A stretch of DNA of 62,289 nt, filler included, from Hausera hauseri (Eukaryota), in NCBI GenBank assembly GCA_046269625.1. It is 9 parts of 9 records of this genome, joined end to end, with 100 filler letters (N's around TTAATTAATTAA, not from the genome) between each part and the next. Parts side by side here need not be neighbours in the genome. Positions count along the whole stretch, not along the records: positions 35,194 to 42,896 come from JBJURY010908088.1; positions 42,997 to 48,989 come from JBJURY010156867.1; 7 more parts are not named here. One strand, given 5' to 3'. The position numbers and the translations under genes are program-made. Position 1 is the first letter of the stretch; the number at the start of each line of letters is the position of its first letter. This document shows positions 37,297 to 46,800 of the stretch, piece after piece. Under the pieces are notes generated by a model. The model made no database searches. It saw only the letters and a program-made list of their open reading frames with translations, and was not told the DNA's origin.

Positions 37297-40200
37297 AGCT
37301 GCCCACAGAGCCTTGAAACCCCGACCGTGGCTATGTTGCATCTCTCCTATGCTTCCTGTCTCAACGAGACTCTTCCCATAGTAGAAATGACTGTGGGAGG
37401 AACAGACTATTCGTTCTTGATTGATACAGGTGCTACAATGTCTTCAATGGGGCAGGAGTACGGGGGGGATTTATCTTCACGGTCTGTCAGCTCTGTGGGA
37501 ATTGATGGGGTTCCTTTCACATCTTCTTACACTCCCTTTTTGCCTGTGGAATGTTCTGCTGATGCCTCCTTGAAAACTTCTTATTCCTTTGTTCACATGC
37601 CTGAATGTCCTTTTAATTTGCTAGGACGAGATCTAATGAGTATTTTTGGCTTGCAATTGACTTTTACTGGGTCTAAGATGACTGTCTCCACTAACTCTGA
37701 AAATCTCACTTCTTTTTCCACTCATACACCGTTCAGTGCGCCTAACTTCTCTTTTGCTGCACAGCAGGCACTTTCTTTACCCCCTTCTTTTTCTATTATT
37801 CCTGTGACTCTGTGGGCAGAACACAAAAATGATGTGGGTTTAGTTCAATGTACACCTTACACAGCCACTGTAAAAACCATTAACCCTGTATACATTAAGC
37901 AATATCCTTTATCCGAAGAAAAATCTAAAGGTATTGATATTGTCCTCTCCTCTCTCCTTGAGCAGGGTGTGGTCATACCATGTTCCAGCCCCTACAACAC
38001 TCCTGTGAATCCTGTCAGAAAGCCGGATGGCTCATGGCGTTTCACACAGGACCTGCGGCGTATCAACGAATTGATCGTCCCTGTCGCACCCATTGTACCA
38101 GATGTGCCTTCTATTATGGCCGCTATACCACACAATCACACTTACTTCTCTGTTATTGATCTCTGTTCTGCTTTCTTTAGTGTTCCTGTTGAAAGCCAGA
38201 CGCAGCCTCTGTTTGCCTTCACACACAGGGGTAAGCAATACACATGGACACGTTTACCACAGGGTTACATTGACTCACCTGCTGTTTTTGCCAGCACGGT
38301 TAAGGAGGCCTTGGGCGAGTTGTCCCTTCCCCCGGGTGCGGTTTGCCTCCAGTATGCAGATGACCTCCTGATCTCAGCAGACTCTGTGGAAACTTGCGAG
38401 ACCGCCAGCCTGTCTCTCCTCCTCCTGCTCGCACAGAAAGGATTCAAGGCATCAAAGACAAAACTTCAATGCTGTCTGCCCTCTGTTACCTATCTAGGCT
38501 ACATCCTTACACAAGGCTCAAAGACTCTATCAGCGGAACGTGTCAAAATCATAACAGACACTTGTCGTCCTGCTACCAAACACGCGCTGATGGCCTTTCT
38601 GGGACTTATTAATTACTGTAGACAGTGGATTCCAGACTGCTCACATTATGACAAGTGCCTCAGAACAGCAATAAAACACTCTGACCCCCTCTCTACTCCT
38701 CTCGTCTGGACAGAAGAGATGTTATCTGCCTTCTCTGCACTGAAACAAGCATTGTCTACAGCACCAGCCCTGGGCCTGCCTAACTATGACCTACCTTTTC
38801 ATCTCTGGGTCACAAATCAGGAGGGCACTGCTTCTGGAGTGTTGGCTCAATCCCATGGGGGTGGCATGCGCCCCTGCGCCTTCCTTTCTAAATCCCTTGA
38901 CCCTGTGGTAAGAGGTTTACCTGCGTGTTTACGTGCGGTTGCTGCCTGTGCTCAGATTGTAACAGACGCTGAGAAAATTGTCCTGTCACATCCACTCACA
39001 CTCCACACCTCACATCAAGTTACACACATACTTAAACATTCTAACACACAACACATGTCTGCCCAGAGGAGATCAGGGTATGAGGCCGTGCTTCTCACGA
39101 CTGAAAACCTTACTATTAAGGCCACCTCTTCTTTCGACACTATAGCACACGCTTTACAGAGACTGCAAAATGCACAAGATGATTGTGAAACCTTTGATCA
39201 TGATTGTCTTTCTGCCATTGTTGAAGACACTTCTATTCGATCTGACCTGTCTACCACACCTCTGCCCTCTGGTTCTGTTCTCTTTGTAGATGGTTCCTGC
39301 TCTAAACCTGCTGATGGTGTTTTTCTCTGCGGATACGCCGTTTGTCAGCTGCCGGATGTTGTACTAGAAGCACATTCTCTTCCTTTTTCATCTGCACAGG
39401 CGGCTGAACTTTATGCTCTAACACGCGCTTGCACTCTCTCTGCAGACAAAGATGTTACCATCTACACTGACTCCAGATATGCATTTGGCGTGGCACATGA
39501 TTTTGGGCGGATTTGGGAGTCAAGGGGTTTTACTGCGGCTGACGGTAAACCAATCTCACACTCCTCCCTCGTTAGGGATCTTATTACCGCCTGCCACCTT
39601 CCTAGTTCTTTAGCAATCGTTAAGACTAAGGCTCACTCAGTAGGGAACACTGATGAAATCAGAGGTAACTCACTTGCAGACAGGACGGCTAAACAGGCTG
39701 CTGCCAACGCCCCACTATGTCCCCTAATCAACACCTCCTTAGTCTCAATGTCACCCTTGCTTAGTGCTATCCTACCTGACATTGACCTTAAAACTCTCCA
39801 GTCTTCAGCTTCTCTCACAGACCAACAGTTCTGGAAAACACAGGGCGCTGAGAAAAAGGATGAGATATGGGTGGATAAGTCAGGCAGGATATGTTTACCA
39901 AGACATTGTACGCAGTTTCTCGTCCGCGAATTTCATGGTCCCACTCACCGCGGACGAAGAGGGGTAGTTGAGGATCTAACAAAAACGTTTTGCATTCTCA
40001 ATCTGCATACAGACACACATAACCACTTAGACAAATGTCTCACATGCGCACAGAACAATCTTACTAAACCCGGCGCCTTACATCAACACATACCAACACC
40101 TGATACACCCTTCCAAGAATGGCAAATTGACTTCACACATTTACCAAAACAAGGACCCTACAAATACCTTCTTGTAATGATCGATAAATTCTCCAGGTGG

Positions 40201-40905
40201 GTTGAAGCCTTCCCATGTCATATGGAAAATGCTCGAACAGTAGTGGCTAAATTAACACAGGAAATCATCCCACGATATGGCATACCTGTAGGGCTAGATT
40301 CAGACAAAGGAACACCCTTTACATCCAAAGTAACACAACTACTGTGCAAAGAACTAAAAATCAACTGGCGTTTTCACATCCCATACCACCCACAATCATC
40401 AGGAATGGTTGAAAGGGCAAATCGGACAATAAAATCAAAATTAAGAAAAACAATGCAGGATCTGGGGACGTCCAATTGGTTACAAGCACTCCCCATAGTC
40501 CTAGCAGACATACGAATGACCTCGCAGGTGTCATTAAATCACCTATCACCTTACGAGGTAGTAATGGGCAGACCTTTTCCGATTCCATGGAAGAGGGGAA
40601 TGCACGCTGTGGGAAATGCTGACCTAGATGTACACCTCAATGAGTATGCTGCAGGCTTGATCAAAACCCTAGATAAATATTGGACACGGGTCAATGCTCA
40701 GAAACCTGACATACCCAAACAAAACACGCATTCCTTTAACACAGGGGACATGGTGTTAGTCAAAAAATTAAAAACCTCTTCCTTGAAAGAGCCTTTATAT
40801 AGTGAGCCTGCAGCTGTCATTGCCATAACTCGAACCGCCGTTTCAACTGATCTCTTTCCAGCAGACTCAAAAAAGTCCCCCCCTAACGGCCCTGGTAGAA
40901 CCTAA
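37297..40905 (+). CDS. pol: Retroviral Pol (PR-RT-RH-IN), in the same frame as gag
   Basis: LIDTGA, LLGRD, YNTP, QDLR, LPQG, QYADDLL, FVDGS, AQAAEL, YTDSRYA, WQIDF, SDKG, HPQSSGMVERAN. Confidence 0.97.
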   Translation, partial: SCPQSLETPTVAMLHLSYASCLNETLPIVEMTVGGTDYSFLIDTGATMSSMGQEYGGDLSSRSVSSVGIDGVPFTSSYTPFLPVECSADASLKTSYSFVHMPECPFNLLGRDLMSIFGLQLTFTGSKMTVSTNSENLTSFSTHTPFSAPNFSFAAQQALSLPPSFSIIPVTLWAEHKNDVGLVQCTPYTATVKTINPVYIKQYPLSEEKSKGIDIVLSSLLEQGVVIPCSSPYNTPVNPVRKPDGSWRFTQDLRRINELIVPVAPIVPDVPSIMAAIPHNHTYFSVIDLCSAFFSVPVESQTQPLFAFTHRGKQYTWTRLPQGYIDSPAVFASTVKEALGELSLPPGAVCLQYADDLLISADSVETCETASLSLLLLLAQKGFKASKTKLQCCLPSVTYLGYILTQGSKTLSAERVKIITDTCRPATKHALMAFLGLINYCRQWIPDCSHYDKCLRTAIKHSDPLSTPLVWTEEMLSAFSALKQALSTAPALGLPNYDLPFHLWVTNQEGTASGVLAQSHGGGMRPCAFLSKSLDPVVRGLPACLRAVAACAQIVTDAEKIVLSHPLTLHTSHQVTHILKHSNTQHMSAQRRSGYEAVLLTTENLTIKATSSFDTIAHALQRLQNAQDDCETFDHDCLSAIVEDTSIRSDLSTTPLPSGSVLFVDGSCSKPADGVFLCGYAVCQLPDVVLEAHSLPFSSAQAAELYALTRACTLSADKDVTIYTDSRYAFGVAHDFGRIWESRGFTAADGKPISHSSLVRDLITACHLPSSLAIVKTKAHSVGNTDEIRGNSLADRTAKQAAANAPLCPLINTSLVSMSPLLSAILPDIDLKTLQSSASLTDQQFWKTQGAEKKDEIWVDKSGRICLPRHCTQFLVREFHGPTHRGRRGVVEDLTKTFCILNLHTDTHNHLDKCLTCAQNNLTKPGALHQHIPTPDTPFQEWQIDFTHLPKQGPYKYLLVMIDKFSRWVEAFPCHMENARTVVAKLTQEIIPRYGIPVGLDSDKGTPFTSKVTQLLCKELKINWRFHIPYHPQSSGMVERANRTIKSKLRKTMQDLGTSNWLQALPIVLADIRMTSQVSLNHLSPYEVVMGRPFPIPWKRGMHAVGNADLDVHLNEYAAGLIKTLDKYWTRVNAQKPDIPKQNTHSFNTGDMVLVKKLKTSSLKEPLYSEPAAVIAITRTAVSTDLFPADSKKSPPNGPGRT

Positions 40906-41096
40906 AACATGAAAAGTTGCTCTCACCTGTTTGTGCTCTTTTCACAGAAGCAGTGAATTAACTTAGACAACAGCTGACGTCCTTACAGGGGTCTTCTCTC
41001 TCGGCGTCCCTTGGGGTCTGGCCTGAACAAAGAGGAGACTTGTCGGTGCGTCTGGAATTCACGATCTGCTACCTGGAACACAGAGGGAAGGCAACC

Positions 41097-42420
41097 ATGT
41101 GGTCAGTGACCTGTATGACCACCATCCTAATCATCTTGCTTGGAGCAGGGCTGCCCGCTCAAGCACATCCACATGACAACACCTTCTGGAAGTACGCCAA
41201 CTGGACCGCGAGACAACAAACCAACGAATCATGCTACGTCTGCCATGCTATGCCCACTAGTGTGACCACTTACTCCCTGAGGCCACAGAATGAGACCTTG
41301 AATACCACTCTCCTTGCTGTCAGCCGGACCTGCATTAACCCACGCTGCCGTGCGGGACCCAAATCCGAGTCTACCCTCACACACGGTCATTTCCTGGCAA
41401 AAGATGCACTAAATCAATGCGGCAGCACAACGGTTACTCCAGCAGAAATGCATTCATGTGTAGTTAGAAATAAATTAACGATGGTAACAGAAGTACAAAT
41501 GCAACCCTTCAAGGCCATACTTGGACCGTTTCATCGATTCCCTGTTTGTTTTAAAAGAAAGGGCAATGTGTCGTTAGGATGGAACTCACCATCTTCATGT
41601 GATGTTATTTATCAACCATATGAGCTCAATAATACCTGTAGTACTACGAATTGTTCCGTCCTCGCCCCTAGTGGTAACGGCACCGGTTCGACCCTAGACT
41701 GGTATTGGGTGTGTGGAAAAAATGTGTTTCTGTCTTTACCACAAGGATGGAGCGGAGTTCGTGCCCCCACCACATTTGCTAACTAGGTAGTTCTAGTATC
41801 TCGCCATCCCTTAGGCGCCGCTCACAATAGATCGCGCTCTAAGCGCTCTGCGGACGATGGGTTTCCCCCTCCTGAACATCAGATAGTTTCCCCAGGAACT
41901 AAATTTTGGCATGCAATTTTTCCCCAGTATGGTGTCACTCAGTTGTGGAATCAATTAGAAATAACCCATTATAGATTAGCAACCTATGTAAATGCCACTA
42001 ATGATGCAATTGAGGGAATACGAGGCGAATTGACAGCCCTTAGATTAACTGCCGTACAGAACAGAATGGCTTTGGACATGCTCCTCGCTGAGAAAGGGGG
42101 AGTATGTGCCATGGTGGGCGATACCTGTTGTACTTTTATCCCGGCTAATGATGATGAACATGGTTCCATCTCCTCCGCTGTTGTAAACATGAAAAAGGTT
42201 GCTGAACAATTGCACCTAGACAAACATGGTGCTGTGGGAGGATGGGGCTCCTGGTACAGCCTCTTTGGCTGGAAGACCCCTTATTTTTTATAATCATTGC
42301 TGTTGTAATTATTGGTGTATTTTTCTGTATTTTCTGACCCTGTCTTGTCAGGTGTCTAATGAATCGCGTTTATTCTATGGTTTCCGCTATGAATCCGCAC
42401 TCTCACCCTGACTACATACC
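41097..42420 (+). pseudogene. env: Gamma-type Env with an in-frame stop and a frameshifted anchor
   Basis: Signal peptide, CYVC, TAG 41784-41786, furin site RSKR at about 41835, ISD QNRMALDMLLAEKGG, CX6CC. Confidence 0.93.
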
Positions 42421-42500
42421 TTTTGCCTCTAGTTGTGATAAACAAGATATGTGTTCCGCTGTTAAAATATGATGATGCTTATTCTTAATTAATTAAGCAT

Positions 42501-42896
42501 AAAAGAGGGGAATGTAAGAATATAGTTGATATATCTGCTTTGTGTAACTAACATATGTTTTTTTAAGTGTCACGTACAAGTTATCATTTTGCTTAAATAA
42601 GAGCATTCTGTGTTCTGCCTTTGCTCATTTAACTGTCCTAAATCATGTGCTAAGACTGCTATTTGTTCTGCTGAGGAAACTCAGCCTTGGCTATGGGAGG
42701 GGAGTATGGGAGTACCCTCCTTGAGCACTGGGCTGGGCCTCTTAACTATAAATACCACCACAAATGTTGCTGTCATTCGAGCTTTGTAAGAATAAATCAG
42801 ATTCACATTGAGTTGTGTCTGGTTTCCTCTTTATTGACTCCCAGATATCTGCAGGCCCTGAGGAAGAGACAATAGACGCGTCAGAAAGATAGAGAC
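42501..42896 (+). repeat. Polypurine tract and 3' LTR
   Basis: AAAAGAGGGGAA then TGTAAG at 42513; TATAAA at about 42747; AATAAA at 42791. Confidence 0.93.
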
Positions 42897-42996
42897 NNNN
42901 NNNNNNNNNNNNNNNNNNNNNNNNNNNNNNNNNNNNNNNNTTAATTAATTAANNNNNNNNNNNNNNNNNNNNNNNNNNNNNNNNNNNNNNNNNNNN

Positions 42997-43133
42997 GATG
43001 TTGTACTTAAGGTGTCTGAACTATTGGTAGGGCTAAGATTTTCTCTATCTAAATCGATCTCGTTAATTGCTGTTATCTGGCTCTGTGTTAATCGTCCGCG
43101 GGATCGAGTATTGTACTGGTGTCCCTGCGCCAT
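42997..43133 (-). CDS. Start of a possible gag-like ORF, truncated by the contig end
   Basis: MAQGHQYNTRSRG; YNT/LRSR-like motifs are common at gypsy Gag N-termini; only about 45 codons are visible. Confidence 0.4.
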
Positions 43134-43168
43134 TGTTATTAAGTAAGACTAAATTGTTACCCATTTTA

Positions 43169-43728
43169 TTATATATATACAGTACATGCTTCATCTATGG
43201 GCAATTTGCACATTACACATTTCGAATCCAAAGAATGTACAAGAGTGCAGTTTTTACAATGAATAATATGTCCACACGGTAAGTAAATTGTGTTTGCTTA
43301 ATTTTTCTTACAGCTTATACAAATCCAAATGGTACGAGTAAGGTCTATGCATCTTTCTTTTATTTCTTCCTCTTTTTCTTTTAATGTTGAAATCAAACAT
43401 TGAATTCCGTGATAATAATCGTTATCCATTAACTGCATTTGGTGATTATTTTCGGCAATGCTTCATATTCTGCATTCTCATCAGTTTTAATAGCGATCAT
43501 CGTCAAATATTTAGAATATCCCAATTCAGTTATCCTGTCGAGTAATGGGTTATTATACAATCTATACCATTCGTATGTTAATTTAAATGGTTGATTCTTT
43601 ATCGTCATTACCTGAATTGTCCATTCTTTAAGGCTGACCAGGGTCATATTGTCAGTAATTGAGGGTTCTACAATAAATTTATTCAATTTTATCACAAAAT
43701 TCATATAAGCTAAATAACATTTATTCAA
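43169..43728 (-). pseudogene. Decayed protein ending in an IAP-type C3HC4 RING (RING part absent from the ORF track)
   Basis: 43429-43169 reads CISCKKN*ANTIYLPCGHIIHCKNC...CVMCKLPIDEACTVYI*; internal TAA at 43298-43300; overlaps the stop of the upstream 99-aa ORF (TAATG). Confidence 0.75.
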
Positions 43729-43746
43729 TTACAACTATATTAATTG

Positions 43747-44969
43747 TTAATCCAAGTCCATATCCATCAAAGTTATTCCACTATTTTCCTCTGAAAATTG
43801 GAAGTATGCTACTCGCCTTTCGGTAATACTCCTACAAACTGGACAGTTCGTTGTTTGATTCGAACAATTTTCACATGTTTTCAGGTGACAGCAAGGTAAG
43901 AAAATAACCTGTGCTACGTCCACATAGCAAATCACGCACTCCAAATCGCGAAGATAAAAATTATCAAGAATATTTCGTTCAAGTTCTCTTTCTTTCTCCG
44001 GAGGAATAAAATTTAAACTTTGACATAATTTGAATACATTTGGTAACCAGTCTGGTTGAGTTTCTGTCCGATATTTTATATACTGTAATATATTTTCTCG
44101 TTTAGTAGGATGTTTTGATAGTACCGATGTAGCCACTGGACTATCTTGATAACATTCATATAGTTTTCCGATATTAAATTGTATTCTGCATTGTCTCTTG
44201 GTGTGTTTATCGAAGATTCTGTTTACTGAGTATTCGCACTTGTTGGTATGTAATATTTTTGGACATCGTTGATCAAGGTTTTCTAACCAATACGTTTCTT
44301 GTAAGCATATAGTACATTTGACATACTGTTTTTCTTCCTTAGATATCAATATTAGTCCTTCTTCGGCTAAATGTTCGATCTCTCTTTTTCCATTGAAAGT
44401 TAATTTTCTCTTTTGTACTGTGTTTGAAATCCAATATGCATTTTCTTCCGCTGTATTATCCGTTGAGTAAATTACCTTTACCGACACTGTTGCGTTATAA
44501 TTCGTATCCTTGTCAAGATCAGGTCTTTTGACAAATGTATCTATGAGCGGTATATCACTGACATTGAGATTTAATAAATAAGGGCAAGTGGCATGCGATT
44601 TCTTATGTGTTTTATTTGGTCGATTTTTCGTTTGTTCATATTGGAATTCTCCTTGGCAATAAATGCATTTAATCTGTCCTGTTATAGTTCTGAATAACCC
44701 GGTTTTGGCATATGCTTGCGCTAGTTCGTCCGGAATAGGCGAATTTGGGAATTTCAGGAACGATATTGTTTTGTTTTGTGCATCTCTCATGGAGTTATCC
44801 AGTACTATAGCTTTGGAGTAGCTTACCAGTCTTTTAATAAATGATGCCGGTCCGAATTGTCTATTCTGGTAGTGCAATATATATTGCGCTATATTAGATT
44901 GTGCGGGTTTAACATATTCGCACTGTTTCGGTGTTCGGAATTCGTATTCTTTGACCTTTGTTATTTCGG
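43747..44969 (-). CDS. iap: Inhibitor-of-apoptosis protein, two BIR domains plus C-terminal RING
   Basis: BIR1 SF..FP...AKTG...KCIYC...H...CPYL; BIR2 RKLTF..LAEEG..VKCTIC..W..H...C; RING CVIC..VIFLPCCH..CENC..CPVCR. Confidence 0.9.
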
Positions 44970-45019
44970 CTAAAATGTAATATATCCAATAACATCGCCA
45001 AATTTACATAAATATTTAT

Positions 45020-45330
45020 TTATAAATCCTTTACAGTATAATAAGCATTTTTATATCTAAATAATGTATTGTTAATGCGACATTTTGGGCATGAAATCTC
45101 GACTGCAAACCACCCTTTTATGCATTGTCGGCAGAATTGGTGTTTACATATGGTTAATTCTATCGGATCCATCGAGCATTCGCTCAAACAAATGGAACAC
45201 TCTTTTCCTAAATAAGTTAAAGTTCCCTTTGGATCATATATGGAATAACTGTTGTCTGCTGTTGTAGTGTAACGAAATATTGAAAATCCGTAATCCAACA
45301 TGTTCGTTCTATTCATCCCGAGGTAAAATC
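45020..45330 (-). CDS. Small C3HC4 RING finger protein
   Basis: CSICL...CKHQFCRQCI..W....SCPKCR. Confidence 0.9.
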
Positions 45331-45375
45331 CTTAATAAGTCAAAATGAACGACTTGTAATTAATTTTATTAACAA

Positions 45376-45816
45376 TTAATTTTCATAATCTAAAAATGTA
45401 TTTAGTTGTGGATTTCTCCACTGTTCCGGCCAACTGCCGTCATCCTCATCAATTACCAATACTATAGATGGCCGACTATCAATATTCAAATATGTGATTA
45501 TTCCTTCTGCAATGTAAAAGTCTACTGATTCGAGGCAGTAAGGGCACCATTGACAAGATCCCAAATACTCCAAGATACACGGCCGACAAAACACATGGCG
45601 ACATGGTAAGATAATCAGGTTATCTGCCACTAATTTAAGGCACACCCAACAAAATGTGCAGGCTCGTCGACAACAAGGGCAGTTACTTTGTTCGTTCAAC
45701 CAAATGTCGATGCAAAGCTGACAATATGTGTGTCCACATGGTAATGTTGTCCTTTCATTCGTCATTCCTTCAAGACAGATGGGGCAAATGTCTGTAATCA
45801 ATAAAACTAACTTCAT
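45376..45816 (-). CDS. Tandem double RING finger protein with acidic tail
   Basis: CPIC..LPCGHTYCQLC..W..CPCCR followed directly by CWVC..LPCRHVFCRPC..CPYC; SIVLVIDEDD tail. Confidence 0.92.
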   Translation of the reverse strand: MKLVLLITDICPICLEGMTNERTTLPCGHTYCQLCIDIWLNEQSNCPCCRRACTFCWVCLKLVADNLIILPCRHVFCRPCILEYLGSCQWCPYCLESVDFYIAEGIITYLNIDSRPSIVLVIDEDDGSWPEQWRNPQLNTFLDYEN

Positions 45817-45847
45817 TAACTATTACTATATTTCATTACAAATTTTA

Positions 45848-46080
45848 TTAACCAATTAATTTATTACTTTCCTCTACTTCACTATCCGACAGGGCACAAA
45901 CAGGATATATTAAAAAATAATTTTGGTCCATTGTCATTGTACTCAAATTAGCCTCTTCTTCACAATAAGCACATTCGAATATGTCTTATTGGTGGCTCAG
46001 TTTCTCAACGAAGTGGCATAATGGGCAGGGATTTTCTTCCTCGTTATAGGTTTCCGAAATCCTTTTGCATACAATGCACC
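45848..46080 (-). pseudogene. CxxC zinc-finger ORF with an internal stop (absent from the ORF track)
   Basis: CIVCKRISETYNEEENPCPLCHFVEKLSHQ*DIFECAYC; TAA at 45986-45988. Confidence 0.55.
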
Positions 46081-46220
46081 CTAAATTCGATATAAGTTAA
46101 AATTTATTATTGGATTGATTTTTAATTCTTCTTTAATTATAATAAGCTATTAGCATTTTTCTCTCATTCATTTATACTATTCATTTCACTTTAAAACAAT
46201 TAAGATAAATATTTATTATC

Positions 46221-46507
46221 TCAAATTGCCATTTGTACAAGTCCGTTAGGACCGACTACATATAACGGAGTTGGGTCTATTATTCTATCTTCCTGTTCTT
46301 CTTCCTCCTCGTCAAAGATCACCACTGTAGTGACTCCCAAACAATTATAGCTACTCGCCTTTCTCCTGCAAAAGTAGCAATTTTGTTTCCTCGATAACCA
46401 TTGATCGGCACACCTGGTACACATGATATGTGTACACCTGAGTAACGCGTAACGCAATCCAAGATCATTGTAACATATTGTACATTTTGTACGTCTGGTT
46501 CCAATAT
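46221..46507 (-). CDS. C3HC4 RING finger protein lacking an ATG before the domain
   Basis: KCTICYNDLGLRYALLRCTHIMCTRCADQWLSRKQNCYFCRR; TVVIFDEEEEE tail. Confidence 0.85.
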
Positions 46508-46591
46508 CTAATAAAATATAATCAATGTTTACTTGCGGATAATAATAATAATACTATAAATCACAACAAAATGCTCAGCCCTCGAGTCTTT

Positions 46592-46609
46592 TCCTCACTC
46601 GGGGCACCA
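46592..46609 (-). promoter_or_regulatory. Primer-binding site complementary to elongator tRNA-Met
   Basis: Minus strand TGGTGCCCCGAGTGAGGA matches, at 17 of 18 positions, the complement of the animal tRNA-Met(e) 3' end as recalled (TCCTCACACGGGGCACCA), including CCA. Confidence 0.75.
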
Positions 46610-46800
46610 GTTTATATGTTCGCACAGGGGTCAAAACTAAACAGTTGACCTTTAACGCGTGCCAACATATAAAGGATAGCTTTGAGAATATAGTTAGAGT
46701 AATTTAAAAGAGTTTATTTATCTTCTATATTTTCTTCTAGAATTGCTACTCATGACTATATTTGCATACGTCAACATACGAGTCCTTATAGGAAGGTTCA
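46609..46800 (-). promoter_or_regulatory. LTR-like R/U5 region (5' boundary unresolved)
   Basis: On the minus strand TATAAG (46790-46785), AATAAA (46718-46713), then ...TATAAACT overlapping the TGG of the PBS, as in AGT...ACT-type gypsy LTRs. Confidence 0.5.

Larger units (their letters stand above)
35194..42896 (+). mobile_element. Near-complete class I (epsilon-like, fish-type) endogenous retrovirus
   Basis: LTR-PBS-gag-pol-env-PPT-LTR order; LTR termini TGTAAG...CTTACA. Confidence 0.95.

Noticed and set aside
42896-46600. IAP/RING cassette as accessory genes of the adjacent fish ERV or of the Polinton
   Set aside because: Separated by spacers; composition differs from the ERV; no physical link.
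46530-46609. tRNA-Met gene on the plus strand
   Set aside because: Only the last 18 nt, including CCA, match; there is no upstream cloverleaf, so a PBS fits better.
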